DNA of 64,000 bases from a virus. Taxonomy: Duplodnaviria; Caudoviricetes. The position numbers and the translations under genes were made by a program. The stretch's first letter is position 1, and each line of letters begins with the position of its first letter. This document shows, piece by piece, positions 30,301 through 38,515 of the stretch. The stretch spans positions 16,674 through 80,673 of IMG/VR virus record IMGVR_UViG_3300042339_001064; one strand, given 5' to 3'. The notes under the pieces were generated by a model. The model ran no database searches. It worked only from the letters and a program-made list of their open reading frames with translations, and was not told the origin of the DNA.

Positions 30301-31627
30301 AATTATAGAAGAATGGAAAAAAGTAAATAACATTCAATATAATCCTGAAGAAATATATTCAAGAGGTCAAGAATTTGTATCTGTACTAGGGGCTTACTCT
30401 GATTTTGATGTTAATCTTATGATGCAGAATCTTCTTCAACATATAGAGGATAATGAAAAAGCTGGAGGTAAATTTGTTATATCTGCATTTACTAAACCTG
30501 TTGATAAAACAATTGGTCACTTAGAAGGTGGTGGAGGAAAAATTAAGTTTAAAATATACCCACAATCTAATGATATATTATGGGCTGCTAATACTGATGT
30601 TTATAGTGGTAGTGTTTGGGATGCTAGTGAAAAAATTAATAAAGATAAAAAATCTGAATTACTTGGAGTTAGTTATACTAAATATCCTTCTTTATATAAT
30701 GTGGGTACTGTACAACCTAATTTAGCTTCTGTTGTAGATAATTTAGCACATCATCATAATGAACTTGGTATTGCTTTAACAGGTAATAACTTTAGATTAG
30801 AATATGATGAAGATATTCCTTATACTACTAAAAAGATTATTGAGGGTATAAATAAAATATTAGACCAAAAATATGGCAAGTTAGTTAACCCTGAGATTAA
30901 AAAAGTTACAATTATACCTAATGAATTTGAATTTTGGCAACAAGATATGAATGAGGATGGAGGTTTAGATAGATTTAGAATAAGTATATTTAAAAAAGAT
31001 GATAAATGGTTTGAAGAATTTTTTGATACTTATGGAGAATCTGAAAGTGTTAGAGAAATAGATTATAATGAAGTAAAATTAAAATTTGATGAAGCTCTAT
31101 CTTCTAATTCAACTTTAACAAGAGGTAGAGGTATTCAACCAACTCAAACTAAAGATAATTTAAAAGAAAGTATTGAGAGTGTTAAGAGTAAAGTAACTAA
31201 TGAAATTGAAGATTCTGATGGAATAGGTTCTTTTGGTTATGATAATAATGGTATTAGATATGTTAAAAGTGATGATGGTACTTATTCTAAATCATCTGAT
31301 AAATTTAAAACTTGGGTAGAAATAACTGAAGAAGAGTATGAAAGTAATAAACCTAAAAGAGATATTAAACAAAAAGAATACATATCTCAAGCATTAATTA
31401 ACACTAAAATAGCAGCATTAAAAGAAGTAGCTAAAAAATATCCTAGAAGTTTAATTAGAAGTGAAGTTAAACCTGTTAAACCTTTTGATACTAATTCTTA
31501 TGAACAATTTAATGATGAATTACCATTTCAAAAAATACTTTCTACTGAAGATAAATTTTTTATTCAGTATATTAAAGAAGAAGCACTTAAAAATAATATA
31601 GATCTTTCAAAAAATAATTGTAAATAA
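21308..31627 (+). CDS. Virion-encapsidated DNA-dependent RNA polymerase (crAss/phi14:2 gp66-like) with C-terminal RNase H and zincin-like domains
   Basis: 3439 aa. 'VVYRIPTE' is followed by catalytic 'AGFDMDIDKLF' (DxDxD at 25514-25528, residue ~1403), matching the position and form of the crAss-like vRNAP DFDID motif. RNase H at ~28382-28855; HEILGH at 29150. Confidence 0.85.
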   Translation: MACYINPFPNEISQDEYLLILNTNNLYDTYLNIINNGEEGLLEFFNINKAVIDKGINQIKELRDFKAGKLTSTDVIINNPIINYFINNNINSNILKTLDKSFTEIFYKLANENNKPVSDFININDLFKLPYQEGVKSSNVLIRFLGSLNGYKNMLSNQLTTGLNNNNEVLTEYDKIYIQQTINYINSLGVFKDLNYPIISLENFKNNLRLKELINYLGRDGLFKLDNQLVEDLNNEKEDLENNIQIYEKDPLTEDPSDKISARLKLMLRGINMYDSSGNKVIKSNIELFWKPADLIQKMLIAVSNNNVHNLTIDQILDKLTVLSTQEFSILSQPISTFLKRLNALKTNNNLFNSAGPDIYTDLFLYFQQYPVGIKVLETETTIFKNKPIYINGIEVIEDIEVKSLKIQNKVDYVNAGLNRVRKDIFNNLLNSSELQNNFNTKNELILASNQSVAQLAEIIATLLSPSLTTTQKNIKEQVFNKIKQTDLKNGINFLTVLEGIINGDNILNSSIINKVYNINNDTLFPVLSPSELSEELSIINSSIAAIKNGVAYEDTDFYKKFNGDIISMSLWADYVKNASNPLSLSIFIGHKLDENIKEEYSDFTQAELLANLFNVISSGSIPTPILSDKSNIYLIDNYSLNQGALNQLNFRQDPISYFKYFISYLKIDNELNEQINNGINIGKNIDKAIAKQKLILFNPAFYEIADNEEVLEIYNTYVNGDTENKQTAEKQLIDIINKYQTKLGNDLYQKFIDTKLITYNDDLEGYYINSNLLDKTIYLKTKAGVEQLKNNIKEVAVKYYVLNTQVKLLSVGHSGFFKENDEQKRVKAIAANSKKVNLNATYKNKQIITKNSGKRIILKDIENPVVNKIAEDFFLQRLKEEKFSNEDILKKMANLFSNYTLLDGTPVYSLNSAKLDKIKEEFNIEAAPLLEKINTLKLENNLEEVALIQEDYNKILTKYSNLEKEIKFLPTKKSNTTDASSVSSLDFSKKYHVGLNMYSDNQEEAYNAELNGNYLNKFTENNFKVIKNIVYTKTKSKNSDILLPYMEKTSTDNFTAQRVFLGEEPNLYQAMIGKMFGYTFNEKNESWTYNPNNAIIDKIVYESAVKAEMPVNQNGDIVVFDLLKEIENKNIKSLEDVNNWKPEQNFEENYVIDIPITEDRLQVETPEHLEGQADIGTQIEGLISNGIDADSEFVINNKTFNGLELTNLLNQLRVNYVDKGENDLYNEFFKEDRIYDLVASLYNDREYLNLETLTPEKLPDLLSNPQFGLALVSKIQSLIKQNVVKTKINGIQFFNGVVANDKSLNILVEDVIDANGKTIKKLIFEVAVPAFSENMFKAALNSETGKLDVNLIPEELREFVVYRIPTEAMYSMFAVRIKKLLHPSSGPIIYMPEGPTNIAGFDMDIDKLFGIVKNYYSKDNKLIPISYSLEKDSNINFKEWIKENITDTDQLTLNDLFLEKSNLIEKNPDLFKERSDIKKLKEEKNKIISDLEKDLIEEYDLSGKQLSTALSRQLKNYPKYLEIKETLNTFYDSIKIEENESLKNSVKEINKQINDIYAIYKDSWKNLNVAAQLSTSQYQNLYLDIIKGVVTNEKSVNEYITGNGFQRLEDINTDLENRNTSKESKKDKLLRAQNPYRDANLVNSLNTFRAIMSGAQNIGPAAIYNQFVALNQFLKNFGIESTVGFNVKSINLLSKNQKDTEQFNIFKGLNNYVTKSGLKPNMAIAELLAQAVDNIKKDLSVPLNLQKQLVGLRSLLYITGLDENIVDRIFTDYPLVDKIIKESIESDDINRYKNNIFKYNLYDLSEKPSKFIFLDKDEKININLELLNKKFKPGNLVSDILSSDISEEEIVYFLHEMLELANELSDIINTINYYQKGLGKNFASLIFSYDKTKQLLNSTLSNNFSIDLSNSFIEYKLQKLVEITENIYSNFNINLEDPNFNFFKQYFQRLNNSKYLGYLFNANLSSNLYLNLLAEFGSAENLKKAYFKEVSDLKLIFGQNTIIEKTGDNYVKSDVQNLNLNILNSIIRFVDNNPFFEENIKNITILKQLYPFDIQFLGQSESFNSSLNPKNIIDIMSIDNKTLYYGGNQDIITEDNVFSAQEITQKLFFINMVQSGLFSGKNNKGRSNVFDLLFLDNIILQNFLLYINKPYSYLLNNSVVNPEILRNSSNVLSAYTDFILLNNPEGFNKYTRSLEDTYLLDNNTKKLIKNIFVNSTPITLNNNYLDVYVIDKSIILPTDDPKKLVKLGNFLNSTYITFNDNGSKKLFKLVYSLGNNLLYKNLGIIGGNLLSNEFSGKINPIAFNFLDEVISNLGITRSNIESSDVNLANQVIGTWSKPAIQTPVNTTVETISTPQNPIKIYSDGSDIKGTGKVGFGAVYEYNNKEYALTGTEEGFEVKDLQKMFPEAKFSNPTMEMLALVRVLQSFSNNSEHLSIYQDYKGAVNYNELWNYSEGSQQRESKPWNAKESYIKYLVAQAVDAIKKIETNGGSVKINWVKGHAGNKMNDRADFYAKSRENFNNLTEPLSKTFIEPTTQPSTDVKTKQEEQSKLFQLPSTEGQVASEKTIRDLAARMSDRIGMPVKFESDRTKQYKGKIENNIAYVNLAYATLDTPIHEILGHPIIRAIKGKNKGYVVKGSTITDKATNKTYIVKEVTEDYDFVIEENGKDITVDSSTFEWNTNAISQLYQNLLKELEYGKGKEVLDRIKRDYKEYEKNLTAVKSEINRIQNIISKGYLYEIDGNLFNKKDAIEYSIDNNYDFEEEIEFDSYANLEINLLRQQQILEEKNSVSKSNVAEDFIIDDKEIRIVYNLEKVQEEAIVELLGMMTAEKLDNVKDGKLISLLKRLLKEMKQFIRSLINQKEVEIDKLPDNMTINDLADLLAYSNSKLILPGYEVEYTTPDNMKFKTYQEASNHISQLAKNVKDVDLDNISLLKEKPKYKIGDYFGQYEKGFVEQEGLNKIETQEEADYLNSKEYRLQEPDTIKNFIEKNKEYEQSKEIIEEWKKVNNIQYNPEEIYSRGQEFVSVLGAYSDFDVNLMMQNLLQHIEDNEKAGGKFVISAFTKPVDKTIGHLEGGGGKIKFKIYPQSNDILWAANTDVYSGSVWDASEKINKDKKSELLGVSYTKYPSLYNVGTVQPNLASVVDNLAHHHNELGIALTGNNFRLEYDEDIPYTTKKIIEGINKILDQKYGKLVNPEIKKVTIIPNEFEFWQQDMNEDGGLDRFRISIFKKDDKWFEEFFDTYGESESVREIDYNEVKLKFDEALSSNSTLTRGRGIQPTQTKDNLKESIESVKSKVTNEIEDSDGIGSFGYDNNGIRYVKSDDGTYSKSSDKFKTWVEITEEEYESNKPKRDIKQKEYISQALINTKIAALKEVAKKYPRSLIRSEVKPVKPFDTNSYEQFNDELPFQKILSTEDKFFIQYIKEEALKNNIDLSKNNCK
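28382..28855 (+). other. RNase HI domain embedded in the vRNAP ORF
   Basis: IYSDGS (D), NPTMEMLA (E), IYQDY (D), WVKGHAGN (H) and NDRADFYAK (D): the full RNase HI catalytic set in the correct order. Confidence 0.85.
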
Positions 31628-31636
31628 AATAAATAT

Positions 31637-34600
31637 ATGTCATTAGCCTGCGATTTAAATATAAATATTGCCAAAAGAGGTATTTTAAAAGGAATTTCTA
31701 ATAAATATATTCCTGAAGAATATGAAAATAATCAATCTGATTTTAAAGATGATGAATTACAAATACCCCTTAAAAATAAAAATAAAGATGAAGTAGCAGA
31801 AATATTTAAACCTATTTTATCAACTATAGAAAAAGACTATAAAGGTAATATAAAAGCAGAAATAGTTAAAAATTCTATACTTGATCCTTTTTATATAAAA
31901 TTTAATGTTAATAGAAATTATATTCTTGACCAGTTACAACTAACTGTAAAAGATATAAATGAACTTCAAACTAAAGAAACTATTAATACTAAAATTGTAG
32001 ACCCTTTGTTAAATGTACAAAAAGGGCTTACAGATCCCTTAATTAGACAAAAATATTTTTCTGATGGAGATACTACTACAGATAAAGAAGTATTAACTAA
32101 GATTGCAAATTCTAGTCACCCTTTAAGTGGATTAGCTAAACAATTAATTCCTTTTAGTAAAGGAATAAAATTTAATTTATTACCTATTAATTATATTAAT
32201 GTTAATAATAATAAATCTTCTGGAGTATATAAAAGTTTTGGAATAAATAATGAAGAAATAATTGAAATTGCAGAATTTGCAAAGTTTAGAGGTTTAGGGT
32301 CTGAACCTACAATTATTCATGAAATTCTACATGGATTAACTTTTAATTGGTTAGATTCTGTAAATCAATCAGATCCATTATATAAAGAATTTGAAAGACT
32401 TTATAATGAAACAATTTCAAAAATAGGTATTGCTAATAATTATGGTTTAACTAAAATTGAAGAATTTGCAGTAGCTTTATTTACAGATGAAGAATTTATT
32501 AATAAAATTAAAGAATTACCTTCAGATAATCCTACTAAATATGTTAATTTATTTGAAAATATATTAAATACTTTATTAAAAGTATTTAATATAACTGATT
32601 CTAAAAGTACTTTATATACAGATGCATTTGCAATTGTTTCAAATATAATTAATATTCAAAAAGAATTAGAAAACATTTTTAATATTCAAAAAGAAATAGA
32701 AGAAGCTTTTTTACCTACTCTTGATGAATTTGAAAACTTACAAGATGATATAGATAATTATTATATTGATGATTATTCAGAATATACACCTGAACTTCCT
32801 GAAGATACTTTTCAAGAAAATGTTTTAGAAGAAAAAACTGTCATAGAAAGTAAATCAACTATAAATCCAAATTTAATTCCAGATAATATTGAAGAACAAT
32901 TTAATGAGTTTGAATCTTTAAGAAATAAAGATGCAGAAACTACTGAAGAGTTTGACAAACAAATTTTATATTCTTTAATATTACCAAATGTTAGTAAAGA
33001 TAAATTCTTTGAAATATTTTCTCAAAACAATCCAGAAGAATTTAATAAATATAGGCAAAAAGAAGTTAAAAGAATTATTAATAACTTTGCAGAAAAATTT
33101 GGAATTACTATTGAGCAAATTAATCAATACCAAGATAGATATGTTTTAGCTAATAATAAAACATTAAGTTATAATGGTGTAGCTAATTTAGCAAATAAAA
33201 CTATTAAATATTTAGAAGGAGATGAGGCTGCATTAACAGAAGAAGTAGCTCACTTTATGGTAGCTATGTTACCTAAAACAAGTCCTGAGTATGTTAATTT
33301 AAAAAATTATATTAGTAGAACTCCTGAATATCAACTTTATTATGAATCTTACTTAGAAGTTTATAATGGAGATGTAGATAAAACTGAGGAAGAAATAATG
33401 GGTAAGGTTGTAGCTAATAGTTTATTAGGAGTTACAGAAAATGTACCTTTATCTTTAAAAAGTCTTATTACTTCAATTTTAAACTACATTAATAACTTTT
33501 TTAATCCAGAGTATAGAAAAGCTTTTCAAAGAAGTGTAGATAATATTAATCATTTATTTTTTACAGAAAATTTTGATACTAATTTTTCTGAAGCTAATAT
33601 AACTTTTGATGAATTATATAGTTTAAAATTTACAACTTCTAATGATGAAAAAGTATTTAATTCTTCTACAGATCAAATATTAAATAATATTTTACAAAAT
33701 TTAAAAAACCAAAGACAAAGGTTTATTGAAAATAAACAAACTGATTTAATTAAAAGTATTGATACTTTAATTGATATAATTACAGAAAAAGATTCAAATA
33801 TTGATAATTCTGATAGAATTATTAATTATATACAAATGTCTTTATTAGAAATACAAAAAGTTGAACAATCTTTAAATAATTTTGAAAAAAGTGGTATTTT
33901 ACAAGATTTAGAAAAGAAAAATTTTAATAACTTAACAAAAGAACAACAAGAAGCTCAAACTCAAGAAGATAGAGCTAACCATTTACAATATGTAGCTGCA
34001 GCTATTACAACTTTACAAAATTTAAATTCATTAATTACTTTAATTGAATGGAATTTTAAAGGATTTAATAATACTTTTCAATCTTTATCAGATTATAATA
34101 AAATTATAGATACTTTACCTGATTCTAATGAAAATAAAATATTTTCAGAAGCATTAAAATTAACAAAAGCTACATATAGAGATGCAAAACTTGGAACTAT
34201 AAAAGGAGTTTATCAAGATCTTTCTCAAAAATTATTAGATGTAACTTTTAAAACTTTAAATACTCAAGATCAAAAAAACTTTTTAGAATTAACACAAACA
34301 AATTTAACTCCTAATGTTAAAAAACAAGAAGATGTAAATAATGATATATCTCCTTTAGGTACAGTTAAAGATCTTATTACAGGAGAATTTAATATATCTT
34401 CTTTTAAAGAAAATATAATGCCTTTAACTTTCCAAAAAGATGTTTATTTAAGATCTGTTGACAATGCTAATGCAGTTTTAAGGCAATTTGCATTAATGGC
34501 TTCAGCAAAAGATGTCCATGAATATAATTTATTTCAAGAAAAATTAAATCAATTAGGTGAATTTAATGAAACATGGCTTTCAGCAAAAGATGAAAAAGGT

Positions 34601-37600
34601 AAACTTACATTTAAGTTATTGCAAAAATATAATTTTAAAGTATTTAAAAAAACTTTATCTCAAAAAATTATTAAAGATAATTTAGCAACTATTATAAATC
34701 AAAATGTTGTATTAGATGAAGTAGAAAATAAAGATCCTAAAATATTAAAATCTATTATTAATAAAAAATATAATTCGCCAAATGCAATAAAAGATGATAT
34801 TACTCAATTATATATTAATAAAAAAATATCAAAAAGTTTATTTTTATTTTTAAATAATTATATTAATGGCTACGAAACATTATATACTTTAAAATTAAGT
34901 GAACAAAATAATTTATTATCTAATAATAATCAAAATATATTACAAAAATATAAAAATGATTATATATCTCAATTAGAAAATAATTTAGCAAATTTAAATT
35001 TTAATAAAAAATCTTTACCTTATTTTAATAATAAATTTGCTTTTACTGAAAATACTATTAGTGCATCACAACTAGCAAGTGTTGTTCAAAATATTATAGA
35101 TAATAAGAAAGCTGCTTTAATTAACAAATTTGTAGTAGTTCCTAAAACTATAAATGGTTTTGAAAATCCTGTTTACACAAATCAAATGGCTTATGTAGAA
35201 GGATTAATGAATTATTTTAAAAATAATATAGGGTATTTACAAGATATTGAAGGTGAAATTAAAACTGATAATATTAATTTTTTAATGTTAGGTGATGAAT
35301 ACTTTTTTAATTTATCAGATAAAAAATCTTTAGCAGGAATTAATTTTGTAGACAATGATTATATTAATTTAGAAAAACTTGCTCAATCAAATAATCCTAA
35401 AGAAAGAGAAATAGCAACATTAAAATTAACTGCTATTGAAAAAATAAAACAAGATAATTTAAAACATAATACGCCTTCTAATGATTTAGGAGGAGTATTA
35501 ATAAATAATAGTGCTGCATTTTTAAGTAATTCTAAAGAATATAGAGAATTTTATAATAGAATATTTAGAATGGCTTTTCCTTTAGCTTTAACATTAGCAT
35601 CACCAGTTAATCCATTAGCTAGTGTTATGTTATATCTTACTTATATAGGAGCATTAGATACTTTAATTTATAAACCTTTTTATTTTTTAAAAAATGATAC
35701 AGAATCTAATTTATTAAAAAGAGCATATAATGCTTGGAAACTAAGTTTATCAGAATTTTTTAACAGAGATTTAAGAGAAAAAAATATAGAAAATAATGCT
35801 GAATTAGAAAAAGAAGTTGCAAAAGGTTATAAAAAAATAATTTCTAACTTAATTGAAAATATAAAAAATAAATTAAATAAAAATAGAATTAATGATAATA
35901 TTCTATTATTAGGAGAATATAAAATTCCTAAACCTTTTGAAGTTGAAAGAAATAATAGATTATTATTATCTACAGATTTTTTATCTAACCAAAAAAGCAT
36001 TACTCAAGCTAGATATAATTATGAAACAAATATAAGATGGGAATCTTGGATTAGAATGACTGCTGATTATAATGAAACAAGGGCAGGTGTAACTAATTCA
36101 AATATTATTAATACAATTAAAGATAGGTATTGGTTTAATAAATTTTTTAAACCAACAAAATCATTAAGTGCTTTAAGGTTTACTTTAGGAATAATATCTA
36201 GTAAATTACTAAAAGGAAACATACAATCAGCAATAATGAACTTAACTATTGGTCAATTTGGAGTATTTTTACATACAAATCCTAGTACTTTTGCTAAAAG
36301 TGTTATTAATATGTTTACTCATAATACTGAAATGTTATATATGGGTACTAATTTAAACAATGTTGTAAATAGTTTTATAGGTAATTTTGGGAATCCTTCT
36401 AATTCAACTACTAGATTATCTTTTTTTGATGCTTTAAAAAATATGTTTACAGGAAGAGATACTAATGTAGCAAAATATAATAATAATCTTATAAAGCATA
36501 TTTCAAAAAATTTAAGAAAAAATAGAGGTACAGGTTTTACAGAATTTGATGAAAGTGAATCTATCTTAACAAGGGAATTTGGTTTAACTAATACTCAAAT
36601 GCTTAATAATCTTGGTGAAAAGTTTATTGAAGAAAATACAATATTTCAATATTTAAATAGTAATCCAATTATAGATGAAAATGGAAAGCCTATAAAAAAT
36701 TTAAAAAAATATTTAAAAATTGAAAATGGTTTAATAGTTTTAGATAGAACTAAATTGCCTAAGAATTTATATTTAAAAAATACTACTAATTTAGCTTATA
36801 AAAATTATTATAATTTAGATATAGATTCTAATGTTAATATTGAAAAAGCTAGTCCTAAAGATTTAGGAATTAACCCTTTAACTGATGTAGAACTAAATGA
36901 ATTTTTAAATATTACTATGTCAAATGATATTTCTAATTTAATGGAAAAATCTCAAGGGGTGTATAATATTTTTAATAAAGCTTATTGGAGAAATACTGGA
37001 ATAGGATTAATATTATTTCAATTTAAAGATTATGTATTAACTTCATTAACAAATACTATAGGTTCTAGAAAAATTAAAAATAATTTTACTAGTTATGAAA
37101 CAAGTATTTTAAATTCTTTAACTAAGGCTTTTGATAGAATGGCTATTTCAGGTTATAGATTTATTGATAAAGATGCTAAATTTAATAAAGATGTAGATCA
37201 AAATTTATTAATTTTAAATAATGTATCTAAAATACAATTTTTTAGAGAATTAAATTTTTTAAGAAATCGTTTAGTTTCTTTTTTAACTCAATCTGAAGGT
37301 AAAATAAATAAAAAATTAAAAGAATTAGCTAATAATAATGAAAAATTTAGAAAAGATACAAATAGAAAAACAAGTTCTAATATTTTATTAAATTTACCTA
37401 TAAATTGGTATTTAACAAATATTAAAGATAAACCAATTGATGATGTTAATTTTAAAATATCTGGAGAATTTAATTTAGATACTAATAATCCTAATTTTAA
37501 TAAACAACTTAATTATATTAAAAGTTTAATTGATAAAAAATTTAAAACAAAAGAAAATTTTACTCAAGCTGATTTAGATATATTAACTAAATTTGATATT

Positions 37601-38395
37601 GATCAAAATTATTTAAACATAGTTCAAGGTTATTTAAAATTAAAATTAAGTTTAACTGCAGATGTAGAATCAATTAACAAATTACTTAATTTTGGAGTTT
37701 TAAATTTAGGACTTATATTATTGTTAGGGTTTTTAAAATCTTTAGAGTGGCCAGAAGATGAAGAAGATGAAGAAGGGAAAAAAATATTAAATCTAAAAGA
37801 TTGGTTTTTTGCAACAGGAGAATATTCTTTATCTAGTTTTCTATTAAACTATGTTCCTTTTGATATTGATGATGCTTATGGAATAGATTATAAGAAATTT
37901 ACTGTAGAAGCTTATAAATTTGCACCTTTTATATCTCAGATTAAAGAAATTTTAGAACCAATTACTACTATAGGTTATGAAGAAGAAATGAGAAAAAATA
38001 TTACTGAAGAAAAAAAAGAATTTTTAATAACAGTAGCAGAAAAAGCAGGAAAAAAAGAAAATAATAAAATAAAATTACCTCTTTTAAAGCCTAAATTAGT
38101 GTATAATGAAGAAACAGAGGAAAATGATTTAATTCTTGGATCAACATTATTAAAAAATAAATTAATAGGATTAGGTATAAATAAAGAAATTTTAAATAGT
38201 TTTTCTTCTTTTGCAGAAGATAAAGAAAAATTAAAAGAAAGAAAAAATAAAAAATTTATTGAATTATTATCTAAAAAAGCTATTGATAATAGATCATATA
38301 AATTTGGAGATAGAGATCCTAATAAAAGTGAAGAAGACAAGGAAGAACAAGATGAAATGTTACAAGAACTTGATGAAACATTACAAGATTTATAA
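31637..38395 (+). CDS. Giant ejected virion protein with zincin-like metallopeptidase domains and TM segments
   Basis: 2252 aa. HEILH (32318-32332) with downstream 'EEFAV'; a second, degenerate EEVAH motif (33239-33253) with 'EEEIMGK'. Hydrophobic helices and 'GLILFQFKDY' near the C-terminus resemble membrane-channel ejection proteins. Confidence 0.65.
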   Translation: MSLACDLNINIAKRGILKGISNKYIPEEYENNQSDFKDDELQIPLKNKNKDEVAEIFKPILSTIEKDYKGNIKAEIVKNSILDPFYIKFNVNRNYILDQLQLTVKDINELQTKETINTKIVDPLLNVQKGLTDPLIRQKYFSDGDTTTDKEVLTKIANSSHPLSGLAKQLIPFSKGIKFNLLPINYINVNNNKSSGVYKSFGINNEEIIEIAEFAKFRGLGSEPTIIHEILHGLTFNWLDSVNQSDPLYKEFERLYNETISKIGIANNYGLTKIEEFAVALFTDEEFINKIKELPSDNPTKYVNLFENILNTLLKVFNITDSKSTLYTDAFAIVSNIINIQKELENIFNIQKEIEEAFLPTLDEFENLQDDIDNYYIDDYSEYTPELPEDTFQENVLEEKTVIESKSTINPNLIPDNIEEQFNEFESLRNKDAETTEEFDKQILYSLILPNVSKDKFFEIFSQNNPEEFNKYRQKEVKRIINNFAEKFGITIEQINQYQDRYVLANNKTLSYNGVANLANKTIKYLEGDEAALTEEVAHFMVAMLPKTSPEYVNLKNYISRTPEYQLYYESYLEVYNGDVDKTEEEIMGKVVANSLLGVTENVPLSLKSLITSILNYINNFFNPEYRKAFQRSVDNINHLFFTENFDTNFSEANITFDELYSLKFTTSNDEKVFNSSTDQILNNILQNLKNQRQRFIENKQTDLIKSIDTLIDIITEKDSNIDNSDRIINYIQMSLLEIQKVEQSLNNFEKSGILQDLEKKNFNNLTKEQQEAQTQEDRANHLQYVAAAITTLQNLNSLITLIEWNFKGFNNTFQSLSDYNKIIDTLPDSNENKIFSEALKLTKATYRDAKLGTIKGVYQDLSQKLLDVTFKTLNTQDQKNFLELTQTNLTPNVKKQEDVNNDISPLGTVKDLITGEFNISSFKENIMPLTFQKDVYLRSVDNANAVLRQFALMASAKDVHEYNLFQEKLNQLGEFNETWLSAKDEKGKLTFKLLQKYNFKVFKKTLSQKIIKDNLATIINQNVVLDEVENKDPKILKSIINKKYNSPNAIKDDITQLYINKKISKSLFLFLNNYINGYETLYTLKLSEQNNLLSNNNQNILQKYKNDYISQLENNLANLNFNKKSLPYFNNKFAFTENTISASQLASVVQNIIDNKKAALINKFVVVPKTINGFENPVYTNQMAYVEGLMNYFKNNIGYLQDIEGEIKTDNINFLMLGDEYFFNLSDKKSLAGINFVDNDYINLEKLAQSNNPKEREIATLKLTAIEKIKQDNLKHNTPSNDLGGVLINNSAAFLSNSKEYREFYNRIFRMAFPLALTLASPVNPLASVMLYLTYIGALDTLIYKPFYFLKNDTESNLLKRAYNAWKLSLSEFFNRDLREKNIENNAELEKEVAKGYKKIISNLIENIKNKLNKNRINDNILLLGEYKIPKPFEVERNNRLLLSTDFLSNQKSITQARYNYETNIRWESWIRMTADYNETRAGVTNSNIINTIKDRYWFNKFFKPTKSLSALRFTLGIISSKLLKGNIQSAIMNLTIGQFGVFLHTNPSTFAKSVINMFTHNTEMLYMGTNLNNVVNSFIGNFGNPSNSTTRLSFFDALKNMFTGRDTNVAKYNNNLIKHISKNLRKNRGTGFTEFDESESILTREFGLTNTQMLNNLGEKFIEENTIFQYLNSNPIIDENGKPIKNLKKYLKIENGLIVLDRTKLPKNLYLKNTTNLAYKNYYNLDIDSNVNIEKASPKDLGINPLTDVELNEFLNITMSNDISNLMEKSQGVYNIFNKAYWRNTGIGLILFQFKDYVLTSLTNTIGSRKIKNNFTSYETSILNSLTKAFDRMAISGYRFIDKDAKFNKDVDQNLLILNNVSKIQFFRELNFLRNRLVSFLTQSEGKINKKLKELANNNEKFRKDTNRKTSSNILLNLPINWYLTNIKDKPIDDVNFKISGEFNLDTNNPNFNKQLNYIKSLIDKKFKTKENFTQADLDILTKFDIDQNYLNIVQGYLKLKLSLTADVESINKLLNFGVLNLGLILLLGFLKSLEWPEDEEDEEGKKILNLKDWFFATGEYSLSSFLLNYVPFDIDDAYGIDYKKFTVEAYKFAPFISQIKEILEPITTIGYEEEMRKNITEEKKEFLITVAEKAGKKENNKIKLPLLKPKLVYNEETEENDLILGSTLLKNKLIGLGINKEILNSFSSFAEDKEKLKERKNKKFIELLSKKAIDNRSYKFGDRDPNKSEEDKEEQDEMLQELDETLQDL

Positions 38396-38441
38396 AAAAC
38401 ATTTGAAGAAAATTCTGAAAAAACAATAAAAAAAAACAAAT

Positions 38442-38473
38442 AAAAAAAAGCCACCAATTAAGGTGGCTTTTTT
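38442..38473. terminator. Bidirectional intrinsic terminator between the two convergent arms
   Basis: AAAAAAAGCCACC-aattaa-GGTGGCTTTTTT: a perfect stem with A/T tails on both sides, lying between the + and - gene blocks. Confidence 0.9.
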
Positions 38474-38515
38474 AATAATATTAAATATTTTTTGGTCTAC
38501 AAATATTTTACTAAA

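Noticed and set aside
38396-38441. A-rich tract after the last giant gene as a repeat element
   Set aside because: Low-complexity spacer leading into the terminator, with no further structure.
7505-38457. Minus-strand short ORFs inside the + arm (e.g. 7505, 8239, 9236, 9605, 9967, 10007, 10322, 13894, 16278, 18684, 25183, 26626, 29159, 37975) and the + frameshifted ORF at 30528
   Set aside because: They lie wholly or largely within long genes, and their Phe/Ile/Leu/Ser-rich composition is typical of antisense or off-frame shadows of AT-rich coding DNA.
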